Positions 45,301 to 58,735 of a stretch of DNA of 64,000 bases are shown here, piece by piece (positions within the stretch are counted from its first letter, which is position 1; every line of letters begins with the position of its first letter). The translations under genes were made by a program, and so were the position numbers. The stretch is from NCBI RefSeq assembly GCF_000315625.1, contig NW_005434642.1, positions 3,080-67,079 of the forward strand. The letters are read 5' to 3'. Below the pieces are notes generated by a model. That model was not told where the DNA came from, searched no databases, and saw nothing but the letters and a program-made list of their open reading frames with translations. Origin of the DNA: Guillardia theta CCMP2712. Its lineage: Eukaryota; Protista; Cryptophyta.

Positions 45301-48300
45301 TACACTTGAGTTGTTCATCTGCTTTTTATGTTAGCATAGAGAAATAAGGCGGGAGAGAGCTGCAGGTCAGGTTGAAACAGAACAAGAGACAGCGAGAAAA
45401 GATGGAGAAAAACATGAAGAGAGAGCTTTACTTGTTTCCACTCTGTCAGCTCTTCAATCTTTTCCATCGCATGAGTGAGTTGTAGATCAGTCTCAGACTT
45501 CATTCTCTTGATTTCCTCGCACTCTAACAAAGTTTCTTTCAAGACTCTTGATTGCACCTGACGTTTTATGCTCTCAGACAGGGCAAGCCAACAACAACAA
45601 AGTCACTTGGCCGATCTCTTCCAGTTCTGTAGCATGCACTTGTTTCTCTTTGGCAAGTTTCTTCGGCAAACGTGTCACAACTTGTCCAAATGGAACTGAC
45701 CGTTATCGAGACTTCACCTCCCGCGCCTCCTTTTCTCTCCTCTGGCTCTCATGTAACGACTTTTCCTACGAATCAGAGTGAGGGGGGTGAGGAAGGCTTC
45801 TAGAATGTCCAACCAGCATCTCCGCGCGATGTTTGATCTCGGAGACTTCAAGCTTTTGTTGTTCAGATTCAAACTCTTGTCTGTGAACCGTCGTCATCTC
45901 CAAGTGGATCAACAGAGAGCATTCCTTGACTCGTTTTCTTGCACTTGCAGAGATAACTTGTTGATGAACCTCTTTGCAACCGAGCAAACTGCGTCTTCCA
46001 TGAACTCGTGAATGACCTTGTAACGACAGTCAATTGAAAGCAAGAGTCCATTACATCCTGCTCTTTCACTGCTTCGACCTCCTGTACTCAACACATGTGT
46101 ACACGTACCACAAGAGCCGAGGGATGCTTTGGCGCTAGCTCGAAAAACCTAGCACGAACTCTTGACGAGCAGCAGCGTTAGCTTTCACAACTCTGACTCG
46201 CATCCACACCTTCTCCGGTCACGATCGTATTCACCGAAGTCTTGATAGACATTGCTGTGGATTTTTTCCTCCAGCTCTCTGAAAGAGCATTCAGTCTACA
46301 TGCCAAGTGTGCAGGACAATTGAACCTGTAGAGCTCATTGATAATCTTCAGCGATTTTTGCTCGCACATCTTTGCGTTCTCAGCAGAAACTCTTTCAAAC
46401 AGGGTCTGATACCGACATGCTCAGCTGAGATTCAAACCCCGAGGGTCAAACCTTGAGCTTCTCCTCCAGCTGCAGCTTGTATCGATTGACATTCTGCTTC
46501 TGCACGCCATTTCAAACTCAGGCAGCAACACGCCTCTGATGACCTGCAGGCCGCTCGTCCACGTCTTGTACACGTCGATGGCATCACGAGAGGCTGACAT
46601 GTGCCTGGGCACCACAGTGAGCACTCGCTCCCCCCGAACCTCGATCTGATCCTTCTTGTCACTCTTTCCTTCGCCCCAGGTCTGCTCCTCCTGCTCATGC
46701 TGCTCCTCCTACTCCTGCTTCTATTGCTCCTCCTCCTGCTGCTGCTGCTGCTCCTAACTTTCCTTTTCCATCCTTCCCTCTCCCCATTTCCATCGACTTG
46801 TTCTTCACAAGTAAGCACATCATCACATAACCAACCAAAATGAAATCTCGCTTGAGTCCAGAGGCAGTTTTCCCCGTAGATTCAGAAAGGCTTCTTCATA
46901 GCCGTCTATACACCTCTGCACTGCTAGTCAAGACTTCGAACACAAACCCTCCGTCAACTTCACCGAGTTCGCCCTCTCACAAGCACTCTGCGAGATTGCT
47001 CCAAAAGCATCAGGAATGCTTAAACATTGGCATCAGCATCTTTGCAATGAAAAGTAATGAGCAGGTTTCTTTACCTTATAGTGTTGCATGAATTCAGCAT
47101 CGAGATGTAATATTCGGCAAGTGAAACAAACAGCGTCCCCGTCACCTGGCAGTGGAGTGAGTTTTCATCCGCAATCACCCATGGCTTCTCTCACAATGCA
47201 TCCTGAAATCCTTTTGATCTCTGCATTCAACAAGATCTTGTCTCGCAGCACTCCAAGTTTCTTCACGATATCTGCATGATCCCAAGGTGAACAAACATCG
47301 CTATCAACCTTCTCCTCACCATTCAGAGAGGATATCGAGTCGGTCGAGTTGTCCGACATCTCAGTCAAGATGCTCTCTGAAAGCATGTTCTTCTCGACGT
47401 GAAAACAATCGCGATCGGGGAAAAGATGGCACAACCCGCCCTGCGCCCTCTCCGACCGAGCATCTCGCTTGAGGCAGACGTCGAACTCTTCAAACGCTCT
47501 CTCCATGTACTGCTTCGACGACAGCACCTTGGACGCTTCCTCTCCTCTACGATTGACAGAGGTCCCGCTCAAGATCCACAGCAGTTTCGGCATGATCTCA
47601 GATAAGTCCAGATCGTCGTCGTACCCGTCGGCACCGTCGAGGTCAGTCCTAATGGATCGGCGGAAGTTCGACACGTCCAGCCAGAAGGAGTTGAGGACGT
47701 CTCTAGACAGACCTCCCCTGATGTTGCAGACGACGAAGGAGCTCAGCAGGAGGGTGAGCGTGAAAAGCACCTCCCTAGTGCGCTGGCTGTCGCCAGGGAC
47801 CTCACTCATCTCCAGCACATACAGCAGAACCTCGACGCCGTCAGAGGATCGAGCAGGGAAGGGCTGGGTCCACATGGAGATGATAACGTCATCATCCTGT
47901 GCCTCCCTCGCATCTGCATAGTCGGAGTTGCATGCCGACTCTGAGAGCAGCGTCCGCATTACAATGTCCTGCTGTTCATGGACCGGATCAGGATCAGGCG
48001 GCACATCGCGTAAAAGGATCACGGAGCAAGGAAAGGGGAACAGGTAACACGACGGAGATAAAGGCAAGATAGAATCAAAACAATTCAAGATGAGGCAAGG
48101 GAAGGGGAGGAGGGGGAGTAGGCTGACCTTAGGGTTACCGAATATCCCCATGTTCGTTAGTATGCACAGAGGGCCCTTTGACTCCCTCAGAACCTCCACG
48201 GCTTCCGGGCACAGCGTTACAACGATATCGTCTGTGTCTTCTCTCATGCTTGCTTCTTCCTCCCTCCCCCTCCCTCCCCCTCCATGGACACGCGCTAGCG

Positions 48301-48319
48301 GTACCAGCGCTGGTGCCAT
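42329..48319 (-). CDS. Guanylate-binding-protein (GBP)-like pseudo-GTPase + coiled coil + Pro/Ser repeat + PX domain
   Basis: GBP-fold motifs EAVEVLRESKGPLCIL, ISMW, LFTLTLLLSSFVVCN, MPKLLWIL, LFPDRDCF; PX segment TKYRTSV..EKRY|SEFLELYNKL..YP..FDPDLIECRKVWLNEFM at 43260-43685; no intergenic-type spacer in between. Confidence 0.7.
43833..44179 (-). repeat. 30-bp coding tandem repeat, ~11.5 copies, encoding SSSPAPPV(Q/R)(V/G/S)
   Basis: GGAGCTGGGGACGAGCTGACTTGGACTGGT, period 30, inside the 43716-45143 ORF. Confidence 0.95.
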
Positions 48320-48693
48320 AGCAAACCTGCTCTGGTCTTCCAGCTTTCTGGTTGCACCTCGTCAACTACCCCCTTGTCCGATACCTCGGTACCCCCATTT
48401 TTCCCTTACACTACCCCCATTCTTCCATGGGGTTGCGCCTTCTTGTCTGGTGACCCCGAGCCCGCCTCAACTCAATTTATTCAATCCGGTTCCCATCAGG
48501 TACCCACCCCTTTTGACTTTAAATACCCCTACCTATCCCATTGTAGTATAACATACCGGTGATGGTACAGATCCAATCACCCCTACCCTCTGAAAGAATA
48601 TCCCTTACTACAACCTGGTGTTTTCATAAGTGTTTCGGGGGTGGGGGTGACGGGTGGTCAAAGGTTTGATCGGGGGCCAATGATGTACAGGCC

Positions 48694-50005
48694 GTGATGC
48701 AGGCCATGACGATGGGGAGGGGAACAATGGCAGCGATGATGGCGGCGATGATGGCGGCAGGAGTATCTAATGGGTTCATCATGGTCAAACCAGCGCCAGG
48801 ATGGATCTCAACACCTCCGTTAGCTCATATGCTGCATTCCTTGCCAGCAACAAAGGCAGATTTTGATAGGAGGGCAAGAAGATCTCTTGGTAAAGCTGTA
48901 CTTGTGTGTAGTATAGGGAGCGAACCTGGAACAAGAGTTGATGTCCATGAGATGACTACGAGCGATGTGCCAGCAGAATACATGGAGGTTCTGCACATGC
49001 TGAGACAAATCAGCCGGAATGGCTCCTGGCCGGGAACCTCAAGAAGGAGAAGGATGATTATCAGAGGAAGCGAGGAGGAGACGTTGAGCGACAGCTTCAC
49101 GATAGGCTTGTTTCCTCCTCCTCTGCGCATTCCGCACACAACCCACTTGTTCCCCTCCCTGCTGGACGCGCTTACGCGCCTGGAAGGAAAGATCGCCCCC
49201 TCTAGAACATCGAGCACCACCGTCACCGTCAACAGGAATGCTCAGTTCGTGCCGCATAAGGACTCGGGGGCAGGAGCCGGGCAGAGCAAGTCGCTCATCG
49301 TGGCGCTGGGAGACTTCGAGGGCGGGGAGCTCATGGTCGAGGGAAGGAAGCGCAACATTCGGTACCTGCCGCTCGAGTTCGACGGCTGGAAGGAGGTTGG
49401 AGGGATACTTTTTCCACTGTTCCGTCCTGACTGACTGGGTTTACAGCTACACTGGACGCGCCCCTTCCAAGGAGAAAGGTTCTCGCTTGTGTGGTACACG
49501 CCCAAGGGGCTGGAGGAGGCGGCAGACGCGCTGGACAAGGGGAGGGGATGGGAAGAGGTGATAGAGTCAGTGGGTCAGTTGGACCCTGTGAAGATGTTTA
49601 GGAGAGAGAGGATGGAGATACTGTTGTCTCCTCCTAGGAGCGGATGGATCCAGTCCCAGGGCTTCTCCATGGTCCCGCTCAACGTCAACTTCCGCAGTCA
49701 GATCACGCGGATGTCGATCTACAGCCTCGAACATGAGCTGTTTGCTACCAACGTGCTTCTGCCGGAGGGAAACTCTAGCTGCCCCATAGGCTTTCAGGTG
49801 AATGGAGAGGGGGGGAGGAGAGGAGAGGAGAGGAGATGGAAGTTTAGGAGCTAGAGAGGGAGGAAGAGAGAAGATTCTGACGAAGAGCAGGGGAGAATCT
49901 TGTTCGATTTTGATATGCCCGCATCTCTCTTGGCTCAATTGCAGGTGATAGTGGTGATGGTGCTGCTGCTGCGCATGATGATGATGATGATGATGACGAT
50001 GATGA

Positions 50006-50039
<34 letters not shown>

Positions 50040-51130
50040 GGTGGTGGTGGTGGTGGTGGTGGTGGTGGTGGTGTGGTGGTGGTGGTGGTGGTGGTGGTGG
50101 TGGTGGTGGTGGTGGTGGTGGTGGTGATGCGTTTATTCATGATATGGGTGATGGAGGTGATGGAGATGATGCTGATGATGGCTGTATCATGAGCAGATGT
50201 GCGAGAGTATCAGAGCTGTTCTGCTTCACCATGACTACCGTGAGGACCTTGAAGGTGAGGAGATTGAGAGGAGAAAGAAGCCTGTCCCATGCTGATGATG
50301 ACGAAGACAACTTCTCCATGAGGGACTTGGCCGACTGGATGGTGGACAAAGCACATTGGGCGCGAGGGCTGAGGGTGTGGGAGGAGGTGGAAACATCTCG
50401 CCAACTAGCGAGAGCTTCCAAGGGATACATGGTAGGACAGGAGAAGATGGGAGGATAGAGGAATAAAACTCGACCCCCTATATGTTTGGAATGTGTGCCC
50501 CACTAGCATCCATATCCCCTCTACAAATTTCGTCGACCACCTATTCCCTGCTTGCCGCAGGATTGCTGCATAATTCTATTTTCCCGCCCTTCCCTACCCG
50601 GGTGATAATTTCGACGCCTACTGGTATCTCATCCATGTTATTCTTCCACTCTATCACAAGGACATGCATAGCTTCCACGAGTTGTTCACGATGTCTCTTA
50701 TGTTTGTCACTCCAAACGACCACTCTGTGGAGTTACCTTGTGCTCTTTTTGCGACCAGTCTAGCTCTGTGTGGGTAGGCGTTGCCAGGGTACACGTTAGC
50801 TGATGTCTCATTCTGTAATCTCTGCTNNNNNNNNNNNNNNNNNNNNNNNNNNNNNNNNNNNNNNNNNNNNNNNNNNNNNNNNNNNNNNNNNNNNNNNNNN
50901 NNNNNNNNNNNNNNNNNNNNNNNNNNCCCTCCCTCCCTCCCTCCCTCCCTCCCTCCCCTCCCTCCCCTCCCTCCCTCCTTCACTGCATTATCTTCTCTCG
51001 TTACTTCGATTCTCAACTCACCAGCGAGCTAGTGGGAAGAACTTGCAGGAGCGCAACGAGCAGACATGCTGAAGAGGGCCCAGGAGGAGGGACAAGAAAA
51101 TCTTGTTTGCAGGAGTGAAGTCTTCCTGTA
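48694..51130 (+). CDS. 2OG-Fe(II) dioxygenase-fold protein, probably plastid-targeted (3' exons uncertain, span gap)
   Basis: TVNRNAQFVPHKDSG..IVALGDFEGGELMVE..FDGWKE|LHWTRPFQGERFSLVWY = HxD...H...RxS; N-terminus MAAMMAAMMAAGVSNG|FIMV. Confidence 0.75.
50827..50926. other. Assembly gap (100 N)
   Basis: N run. Confidence 1.
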
Positions 51131-51353
51131 GCAGCAGGCAGCCATGGAGGACAGCAGAGCAGATGACGGAGGAAGAGGGGAGAGAGGAGAGAGAGAGGAG
51201 ATGAGGACAAGGAGGAAAGAGGAGCAGAGGACGAAAAGTTGGGTTGAGACAGAGTCAGGAGAGGAGAATTGTCGTCAAGGTTGTTGATAGGACTTATTCA
51301 TGTTTCTCACAAAGAGCTTCTCGTACATGAATCGCTCAAACATCCTTCCAACT

Positions 51354-51818
51354 TCACCAGGGGAAGCAAACTCTTTCTCGCAGAACCTGCACAGGCTCAT
51401 CAAAACACGCAGACTGACTGAGAACAACAGCAGAGGAATAGAAGCGGAAGGGAAGAAAGGAGGAAAGAAGGAAGGAGGGAAAGAAACGTGGAAGGGAAGA
51501 AGGAAGCGAGTGAGGGAAAGAAAGGAGGATGGGAGGGAAGGAGGGAGGGAGGGAGGGATGGAGGGAGGGAGGAAGGGGGGGAGGGAGGGAGGGAGGGAGG
51601 GAGGGAGGGAGGGAGGGAGAGGTAGCATTATCTCAAGCAGACTTACTTGTATCCCCCTGTCTTGCCACTCTTTTCGTTTCACGAAGATCTCGCGGTAGCA
51701 TTCAGCAGCTGCAGGACAGCTCAGAGACGAGCAGCAAAGAGAAACGAAGAAGAGAAGAAAGTGAAGAAAGCGAGATGGGAGGAGGTTTGCAGGGTGGGGA
51801 GGGACGAGGAGGAGCAGG

Positions 51819-51872
<54 letters not shown>

Positions 51873-54800
51873 AGCAGGAGGATCACGTACATGCCACAAG
51901 CTTTCCGCCACACCAGGCAAGATGGAGGCTCGACCTTGACTTGGGGTTGACGAGAACAGTTGCCTACAGGAGGAGAGGAAGTTGTGAGATAAGGAGGGCG
52001 AGGGGAGAGCCGAAGGAAAGAGGAGCAGAGAGATCAAGTAGCTGTGATCAACATCGAACATGCCGAGAGGAAGACGAACAGGAGGGTGAGGTCGGGGAAG
52101 GATGAAGAGAACGGAGAGAGCGGGAGAGAAGAGTAGGAAGAAGGGAGCGGGAGAGAAGGAGGTACCTGATTCACAAACGCTGGTTTGATCTTGCTGAGTC
52201 GTTGCTCGATCGCTTCAGCGAGACCCTTGATACCTGAAGGTTCCCATCACCATCCTCCTCTTCCTCCGCTCAATTCAGCAGTTCTCCCTTCCCGCTCCCT
52301 CTTGCCCTCCGTCCTATCATCGTACCACTTTCTCCTCTCCCCTTCCCCCCCCCTCTCTCCTTCCTTTCCTCCCTTCTTTCTTTGCTCCTCCCTCCTGGTC
52401 TCCCTCTACCCTTCCTCTCCCCCTTCTCTCCCTCTCGCTCTCTCACCTGAGCATCCTCCCGCCAGGATGATGTTACCGTAGAGCTTCTGCGTGAACTCTG
52501 CCAACTTCGTCTCCTACCAGCGAGTGAGCGAGTGTATGGATCAATCCCACATGCCTTCGCTTCTCCGTCCTTATTCTCCTTCCCCTGCTGTTTCACGTGA
52601 GGACAACAGAAAAGCTTTCCTCCTCCACCACCCTCCTCCTCTCCTATCACATACACGAACAAACACAAGAACACACAAGAACGCACACACGCATCCTGCG
52701 TCATCCTCCTGCCTCCACCACATCCCCTCCTCTCTTCTCACCTTGCTCATCTCATGCATCTGCATCACTCGAGCGATCGCATCTCGAATCACGTCCGAGA
52801 GGCAGAGCGGAGAGCCCGAGGGTAGGAAGAGATACTCGTCGCGCAGCAGCAGCCTGCATCTTTGCCGTCACCAGGAGAGAGCAAGGCCCAAGGAACGAGG
52901 GGAAGGAGGAGAGGGAGAGGAGGGTATGGCAGTGGCTGGAAGAAAACGATTCGGCGGAGATGGAGAGACAAAGAGAGCGGGAGGGGGGGGGGTGAGTAGA
53001 GGAGACCAGCGGAGAGGAGAGAGGAGAGGAGACAAGCGGAGAGGAGAGGAGAGGAGAGGTGAGGTGAGGTGAGGAGAGGAGAGGAGAGGAGAGGAGAGGA
53101 GAGGTGAGGTGAGAAGAGGAGAGGGGAGAAGGGACGTGCCCCCCACCTATCCTCCTTGTCTCCTTGCCCTCCTGAGCGATTCTGAAGCATGTCAAGCACG
53201 AAGTCGTCATCCACAATCTCCTCGGCATCTATTTAACTCCGATCAGAGCAATTACCAAGAGAAAAAACATCTGTCAGCGGGACAGCAGCGAGGTTTCAGA
53301 TTGTTGGTCGTCAAGATGTTCGACAAGATTCGCCCGTACACCACCACACATGATTGTACGAGCCAAGTCAGCTTCACTACCTGCCCATCTCTTCCTCTTT
53401 GCCAACTTCCAATCCAGGGGCTCAAACAGCTGCCAAGGGCATCAGGACAGACCACGAGCAGAGAAAGAACGCATGAAACCTTGGGGTGGAAGAGACCCAT
53501 GGGAGGAAGGCATGCAGGAGACAAGATACGAAGTCTGACAGGACAAGCTCAGTCTCTCAAAGCTCGCAAAGATGTTCCAGTCACCTGTGGAGAGTCGAAG
53601 GCTGGTTGGGCAGGGCGAGACGCATCTCATCGTTCTTCCAGAAGATATCCTGAGACAAGTCAGACAGACTGCAAGGGGAGACAACATGCAAGGCTTGCAG
53701 TCGCAAGTGTGTGATTGATAAGGGAGCTAAAGCATCTCCTCACCTGCTGAGCGCCGAGGATGTAACACGTCCTCTCCTTGAACATCCGCAGCTCTTCACA
53801 GTGGTACGGCTGGACTTCCTCTCACTATCGCCCACATGCACACATCTCCTCCTGACCTCGTTCGCGTCGAACTTTGACAGGATGCTCTTCTTGCCTTCCG
53901 ACGACGGCGGCTTATCTGAAGCAGGGGAGGACTCTTTGAGCAAAGCAAGCAGCATCCTCTCCATGTCCAGACCCCCGTACCCGAGATGAAAACCTACACC
54001 ATCCTCAGCCCTAGCGCCTCTCCCACCGTCCTTCGTCCTCTCACTTGCACAGGGCACGCAACTGCCATCCTCCACCACCGTCACTGACGTCTTTCCTGCC
54101 CCAATGTCGACAACGCACGAGGTGTGCGAGTGAGCCTGGTAGCTAGAGCATGACGCGTCTTGTACCACCGCGAGGCTACCAAACTGCATTCTTGTCAAGA
54201 GGACATCCGCCATAATCTTGATGTCCATCTTGCAGATGTTTGCAGGGACAATCAGCACGCAAGCCATGTTCGCGAGCTCCTGCAATGGTATGCTGAGTAC
54301 ATCCCGGATGGCATGCTCCCAGATCGCCTGCCGTTCCAAGTGAGCACGAGGTCAGATGAGGAGGAGCAGGACACCTGGAGATCGCAGGCCGCCACCTCCA
54401 AGGAAGGCTTGGCGAACAGCCTGAGGAGCAAACAAGCATCAGAGCAAGGCAGAGTCACATCGTCCTTTCACCTTCCTCTCCTGAAGGGACGATGCAGCGA
54501 GTACCTCGTCCCGTCCGACCTCCTCTGGCAAGTGACTCGGAGAGCAGAAGAGCCGCAGTAGAACGCTGCCGACCCCAAGGAGGCCCCCAGGATCTCTGGC
54601 TCCTCCCCAGGGGCTGAAATTATCTCCTCATCGACTTTATCCCCCTCCCCTGTTCGTCAACGCTCAGCTTCACCTCAAACAGCAGGCAATCCTTCCAGTC
54701 AGACCTGTCGGCGTCTTCCTCGTCGGGCCACTCCATCTCTTCAGACTCCGCTCCACCTCCAGCATCTCCCTCTGCTTCTCCTGCAGCCAGTTCTTGTCGG

Positions 54801-55487
54801 AGGATGCTGGTGGAAGCGAGAAGTCCGCTGGATCCTCTGCATCCTCAACGAGCAGACGGGCGATGCAGTGAGGAACGACAGTCGGTGACTCATCCGTTGC
54901 CCGTCCTACCCTCAAGTTCTCCGTGCCAGGCTGAAGGACTATCGTGTTCGAGATGCGCTTCTTTGCTTCAGCGGGGCTCTCTTTCACCTGGTTCTCACCA
55001 GAGTCGTCCTTCTTGGAACCTTTCTTCTTCTTCACAGTCTCCTGCTCTGGCTTCTCCTGGTTTGCAGATTCCTCGTCCACTATCCCCTCATCCTGCACTG
55101 TCGTCGACTCCTCAGCCTCCTCGTCCAGCTCATCGTCTTCCTGCTGCAGGCAACGCACGTTACTCAGTCACCGCACATCAGAACGGATGATAATAAGGAA
55201 AGATCAGAGTGAGATAGCCAGGGAGAGCAAATGGTATGATGAGCAAGCAAAGCAAACGGGCGAAATAGTTAACACGATCAAGAGAGCTCTTGACTTCAGC
55301 AGCAAAATCCCAACACTGAGTGATCCTTGCAAGTTGTAGACAGTTCTCCATCAACATTCACTTTGACACATCACATCAACGTCAACTCAACATCACATCA
55401 ACGTCATGCGAACATGATATGAATGTTCATCTCTTCGTTTACTCAATGTCTCCAGCCATTCTCTTCGCTCACCTCCTCCTCTTCCAT
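51354..55487 (-). CDS. ARP8: Actin-related protein 8 (INO80 subunit)
   Basis: TIVLQPGTENLRVGRATDESPTVVPHCIAR, SCVVDIGAGKTSVTVVEDG, GYGGLDM, C-terminus EWQDRGIQ|VLRERVCFPW-stop. Confidence 0.92.
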
Positions 55488-56817
55488 GCTCGCTGTCTGC
55501 AGAGGCTCCGCCATTCCTTATTGCAACGACCGCAACCGATGCAACGAGTTCGTTACATTGGAGCCCCGGGCGAGCGGCCGGGCCCGAATGGTGAGCCCCG
55601 GACTTCGGGCCCGGTCATTAAAAGATGAAACGAGCTCTTTTCGGATCCTGAAGCAGCAGGTCACACGGGTAAGCGTGTAAAAGTATTCTTAAAATAGTGA
55701 CAAAACTCTCGGAAGGTCACGAGGTGAGGTCCTACCTTGCAACCATGACCCGAAAGAAGGGTATTTGGAGTTTTTAAAATTTATATAGTGCTCCTGTTGC
55801 TGGGTCGTCGGGGGAGAGGCAGTACCATATTATATACATTTTTAAAAATTGTACCATGCAAAATTCTTTATTGGAATATTTACTATGCACTTGTAGACGC
55901 TTGAAGCGACCGAAAGCGTGATGAATGAATATCAACGAGGGTCTCCAGATACAAAATTCAAATCAAAACGAAAGTTTAACTTTGCATTTGTCTAGAGTCT
56001 AAATTTGAACATTTATCATTATTACAATAAATGTACAACTGAGATACCCCTGCTGATAATTCGAATCAGCTCATTCGCCTTATGCGTGCCTGTCCTCTAC
56101 CCCACCCCGTTCCAGTCAGCCATTTTCTCTGTACCCTTGCTCAGTGTACCCCTACCCGTTATTTTCCAGTATAGTACCCCTTCTAGGCAAGGGTACTCTT
56201 GCAGAAAAATGATTCCCACCCGCTGGTGAAAAATACGTGTGATCATCAATGCATACCCTACCCCTAACCTGTACCCTACCCTTGGACCCCACCCCGTGAT
56301 TCAAAACCACGGGATGCCAAAAGAACCACCCCACCAGACTAATTCCAAATCAACTACCCCATCATCCTCACTTACACCCCTCATCGGGACTACCCACCCC
56401 ATCAACATATTTATGACCCATACCCACATTGCTGCCCACTGTCGTGGATTCCACCCCACCCCCTCCTAGCTATCCCACAACCCCCTCGTCTGCACACTTT
56501 TCACCCCACCCCCAGGTCATCAAATTGTCCCTACCCCGACATCCCCACTGCTCTCAAAGCAGCCGCCCATGGCGCCGCAGCAAAGGGTATAACATTGCTG
56601 CTGCCTGCTCCAGCCTGCTTGGGGTTGTTGTTCGCTTGGTCATTCCGTCCTGATCATTCTGCTGCGGATAAGACACCAGTCTCTTTGGTTTGAGCAAGTT
56701 GCTTCACTGTGTGTTGAGATTCTAGTGGCTAGGACTACCAAGTTGTTTGCGGCTTCGCTGGGTTGTTTGAAATCGGTATCGCACCCACAAGACAGCTGGA
56801 AAAACAGAGCAATCGAA

Positions 56818-58735
56818 ATGTTTGCTCGCACATTAAGCGCCTTTCTCATCCTCTGCTCCTACCAGAGTGCAGCGTTCTACTTCCATTCCAGCCCGATTTC
56901 AGGATGTAGAGGAGCGAGCAACGCAAGAGTCTGTAACTCGGCCAGGCCGTCGTGGACCATGAAGATGAAGTCTTTGGATGATATGCTTCTTCCTGGCAGT
57001 CGTCCTGTCGGCCCAGACCCCTTCCGACTTGTGCACGGGGACATGCAATTGATCAAGGCAAAGATCAAGCGACTTGTGGACGACGCCATGTCGTCAAGCA
57101 AGAACATGATCAAGAATGCGCCAGCCAAGGGAGGGATGGGAGGCCTTGCCAACAACTGGAAGGAAATCTTTGAACGCCCGGAGAAATCCTGGCGCCCGGC
57201 TGCGATCATCTTGCTCTTCCAGGCCATCAGCAAGACTGTGGCTGAGGAGCGCATGAACACTGTGCGAGTGGAGGCGCTCACTATGGCCGAGATTGTGGAG
57301 ATGATGCATCTTGCTACTCAGATTCACGACACGATCTTGGAGGACGGGGACGAGCTCGACAAGGGAAATCAGGCACACAAGATGTATGGAAGCACTACAG
57401 CAGGCAACAAGGTCTCGATCCTCGCGGGAGACTTTCTTCTGTCGCGAGCTTCTGTTCTCTCCGCCTCCCTCAAGAACGTTGCGATAGTAGAGGCTGTAGC
57501 GTTTGCCTTGCAGTCCCTGATGGAAGGGCAAGTACAGCTGCACAGACCGACGTCAGATCAGCCTTCGCTCAACCTCTACATCAAGAGCACAAGGAGGAGG
57601 GGAGGGATGCTGCTGGCCAAGGGGTGCGAATCTGTCGCTCTGCTGACTGGCTACAAGCAAGGGGATCAGATGACTGAGGCAGCAAAGGAGTACGGGCTCA
57701 ACCTGGGGATCGCCTATCAGATCCTGCAGGACCTTAAAGTGACGGAGCACAACTATGCCAAGGCCTTGCAGAAAGTGCAGAAAGAGCGTGCGCAGTCAGG
57801 AAGCGTGAACTACCTGCCAAGAGAGCTGAATGTGCCTCTGCAGACTGCTGGCCCACTGCTGTATGCTGCAGTTCTCTTCCCCGAGCTTCATGATCTCGCG
57901 AAGAGAGGCTTCCAGAACGTGTCGGAGATCATCCATGCTCGCTCCCTGATCGACAGGTGCGATGCGATCAACGGCATGAGACGCATGGCGAACTATCATG
58001 CCACGTTGGCTCTGGAGGCGCTCGAGCAGTTCCCAGCGTCTGAAGCCAAGGAGGCTCTCAAGGTCCTCGTTCACTACGCGTTGGAGCAAGAGCAGCCCCG
58101 CCTGGTCCGAGCGAACTACTCCCCGGACGGAAGCTTCGTGCGAAACAGCGCGTCCTCTGCTTCAGCGCATGCTGTTCTTGAGCGATCGGAGAGCGTGGCG
58201 AAGCAAGAGCTGTACGGAGCTCTTGACAGGCTGTACGGGAGAGCGCGTCTTGGGGTCAACCTCGTGAAGGATTCATTGGTGTGGGGGGTGATGGGGTTGA
58301 GGAACAGAGCTTCCAACGACATCAACCGTCTCCATCGGGTTGCCATACGTGATGCTGTGCTGCTGTATGGCAAGGGGGTCGACGTTCCTTCCGTCGTCAA
58401 GTTCGTCAACGAGCAGTGCGCGTTCAAGGTGTCAGCACTGGAGGTAGAGAAGATGCTGCATGAGGTGACACGCTGCTTACCCCATTCGAAATCCTCCTCC
58501 TCCTGTATGACTGGCGCTTGCTCCTGCTCTCCTCTATGTCCCAGCATTTCTGACCCTTTTGACTGATCCGCTCCAGGAGATTCAGTGGCAGTTGAGGAAC
58601 GGGATCGAGACCGCCGAAGATATCGACATCTTGGCTGGCAAGGGGTGAGTGAGGGAATTCAGACCTTTGGTAGATCATGACATTGGCTGCAGAGTGAGTG
58701 TTCCAGAGTGGCCGGGGGAGGAGAAGATGGCATGA
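56818..58735 (+). CDS. Trans-polyprenyl (solanesyl/decaprenyl) diphosphate synthase-like protein with degenerate DDxxD motifs, plastid presequence
   Basis: KSWRP, AEIVEMMHLATQIHD, GNKVSILAGDFLLSRAS, EGQVQL, YGLNLGIAYQI; signal peptide MFARTLSAFLILCSYQSAA|FYF; two small 3' exons. Confidence 0.85.
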
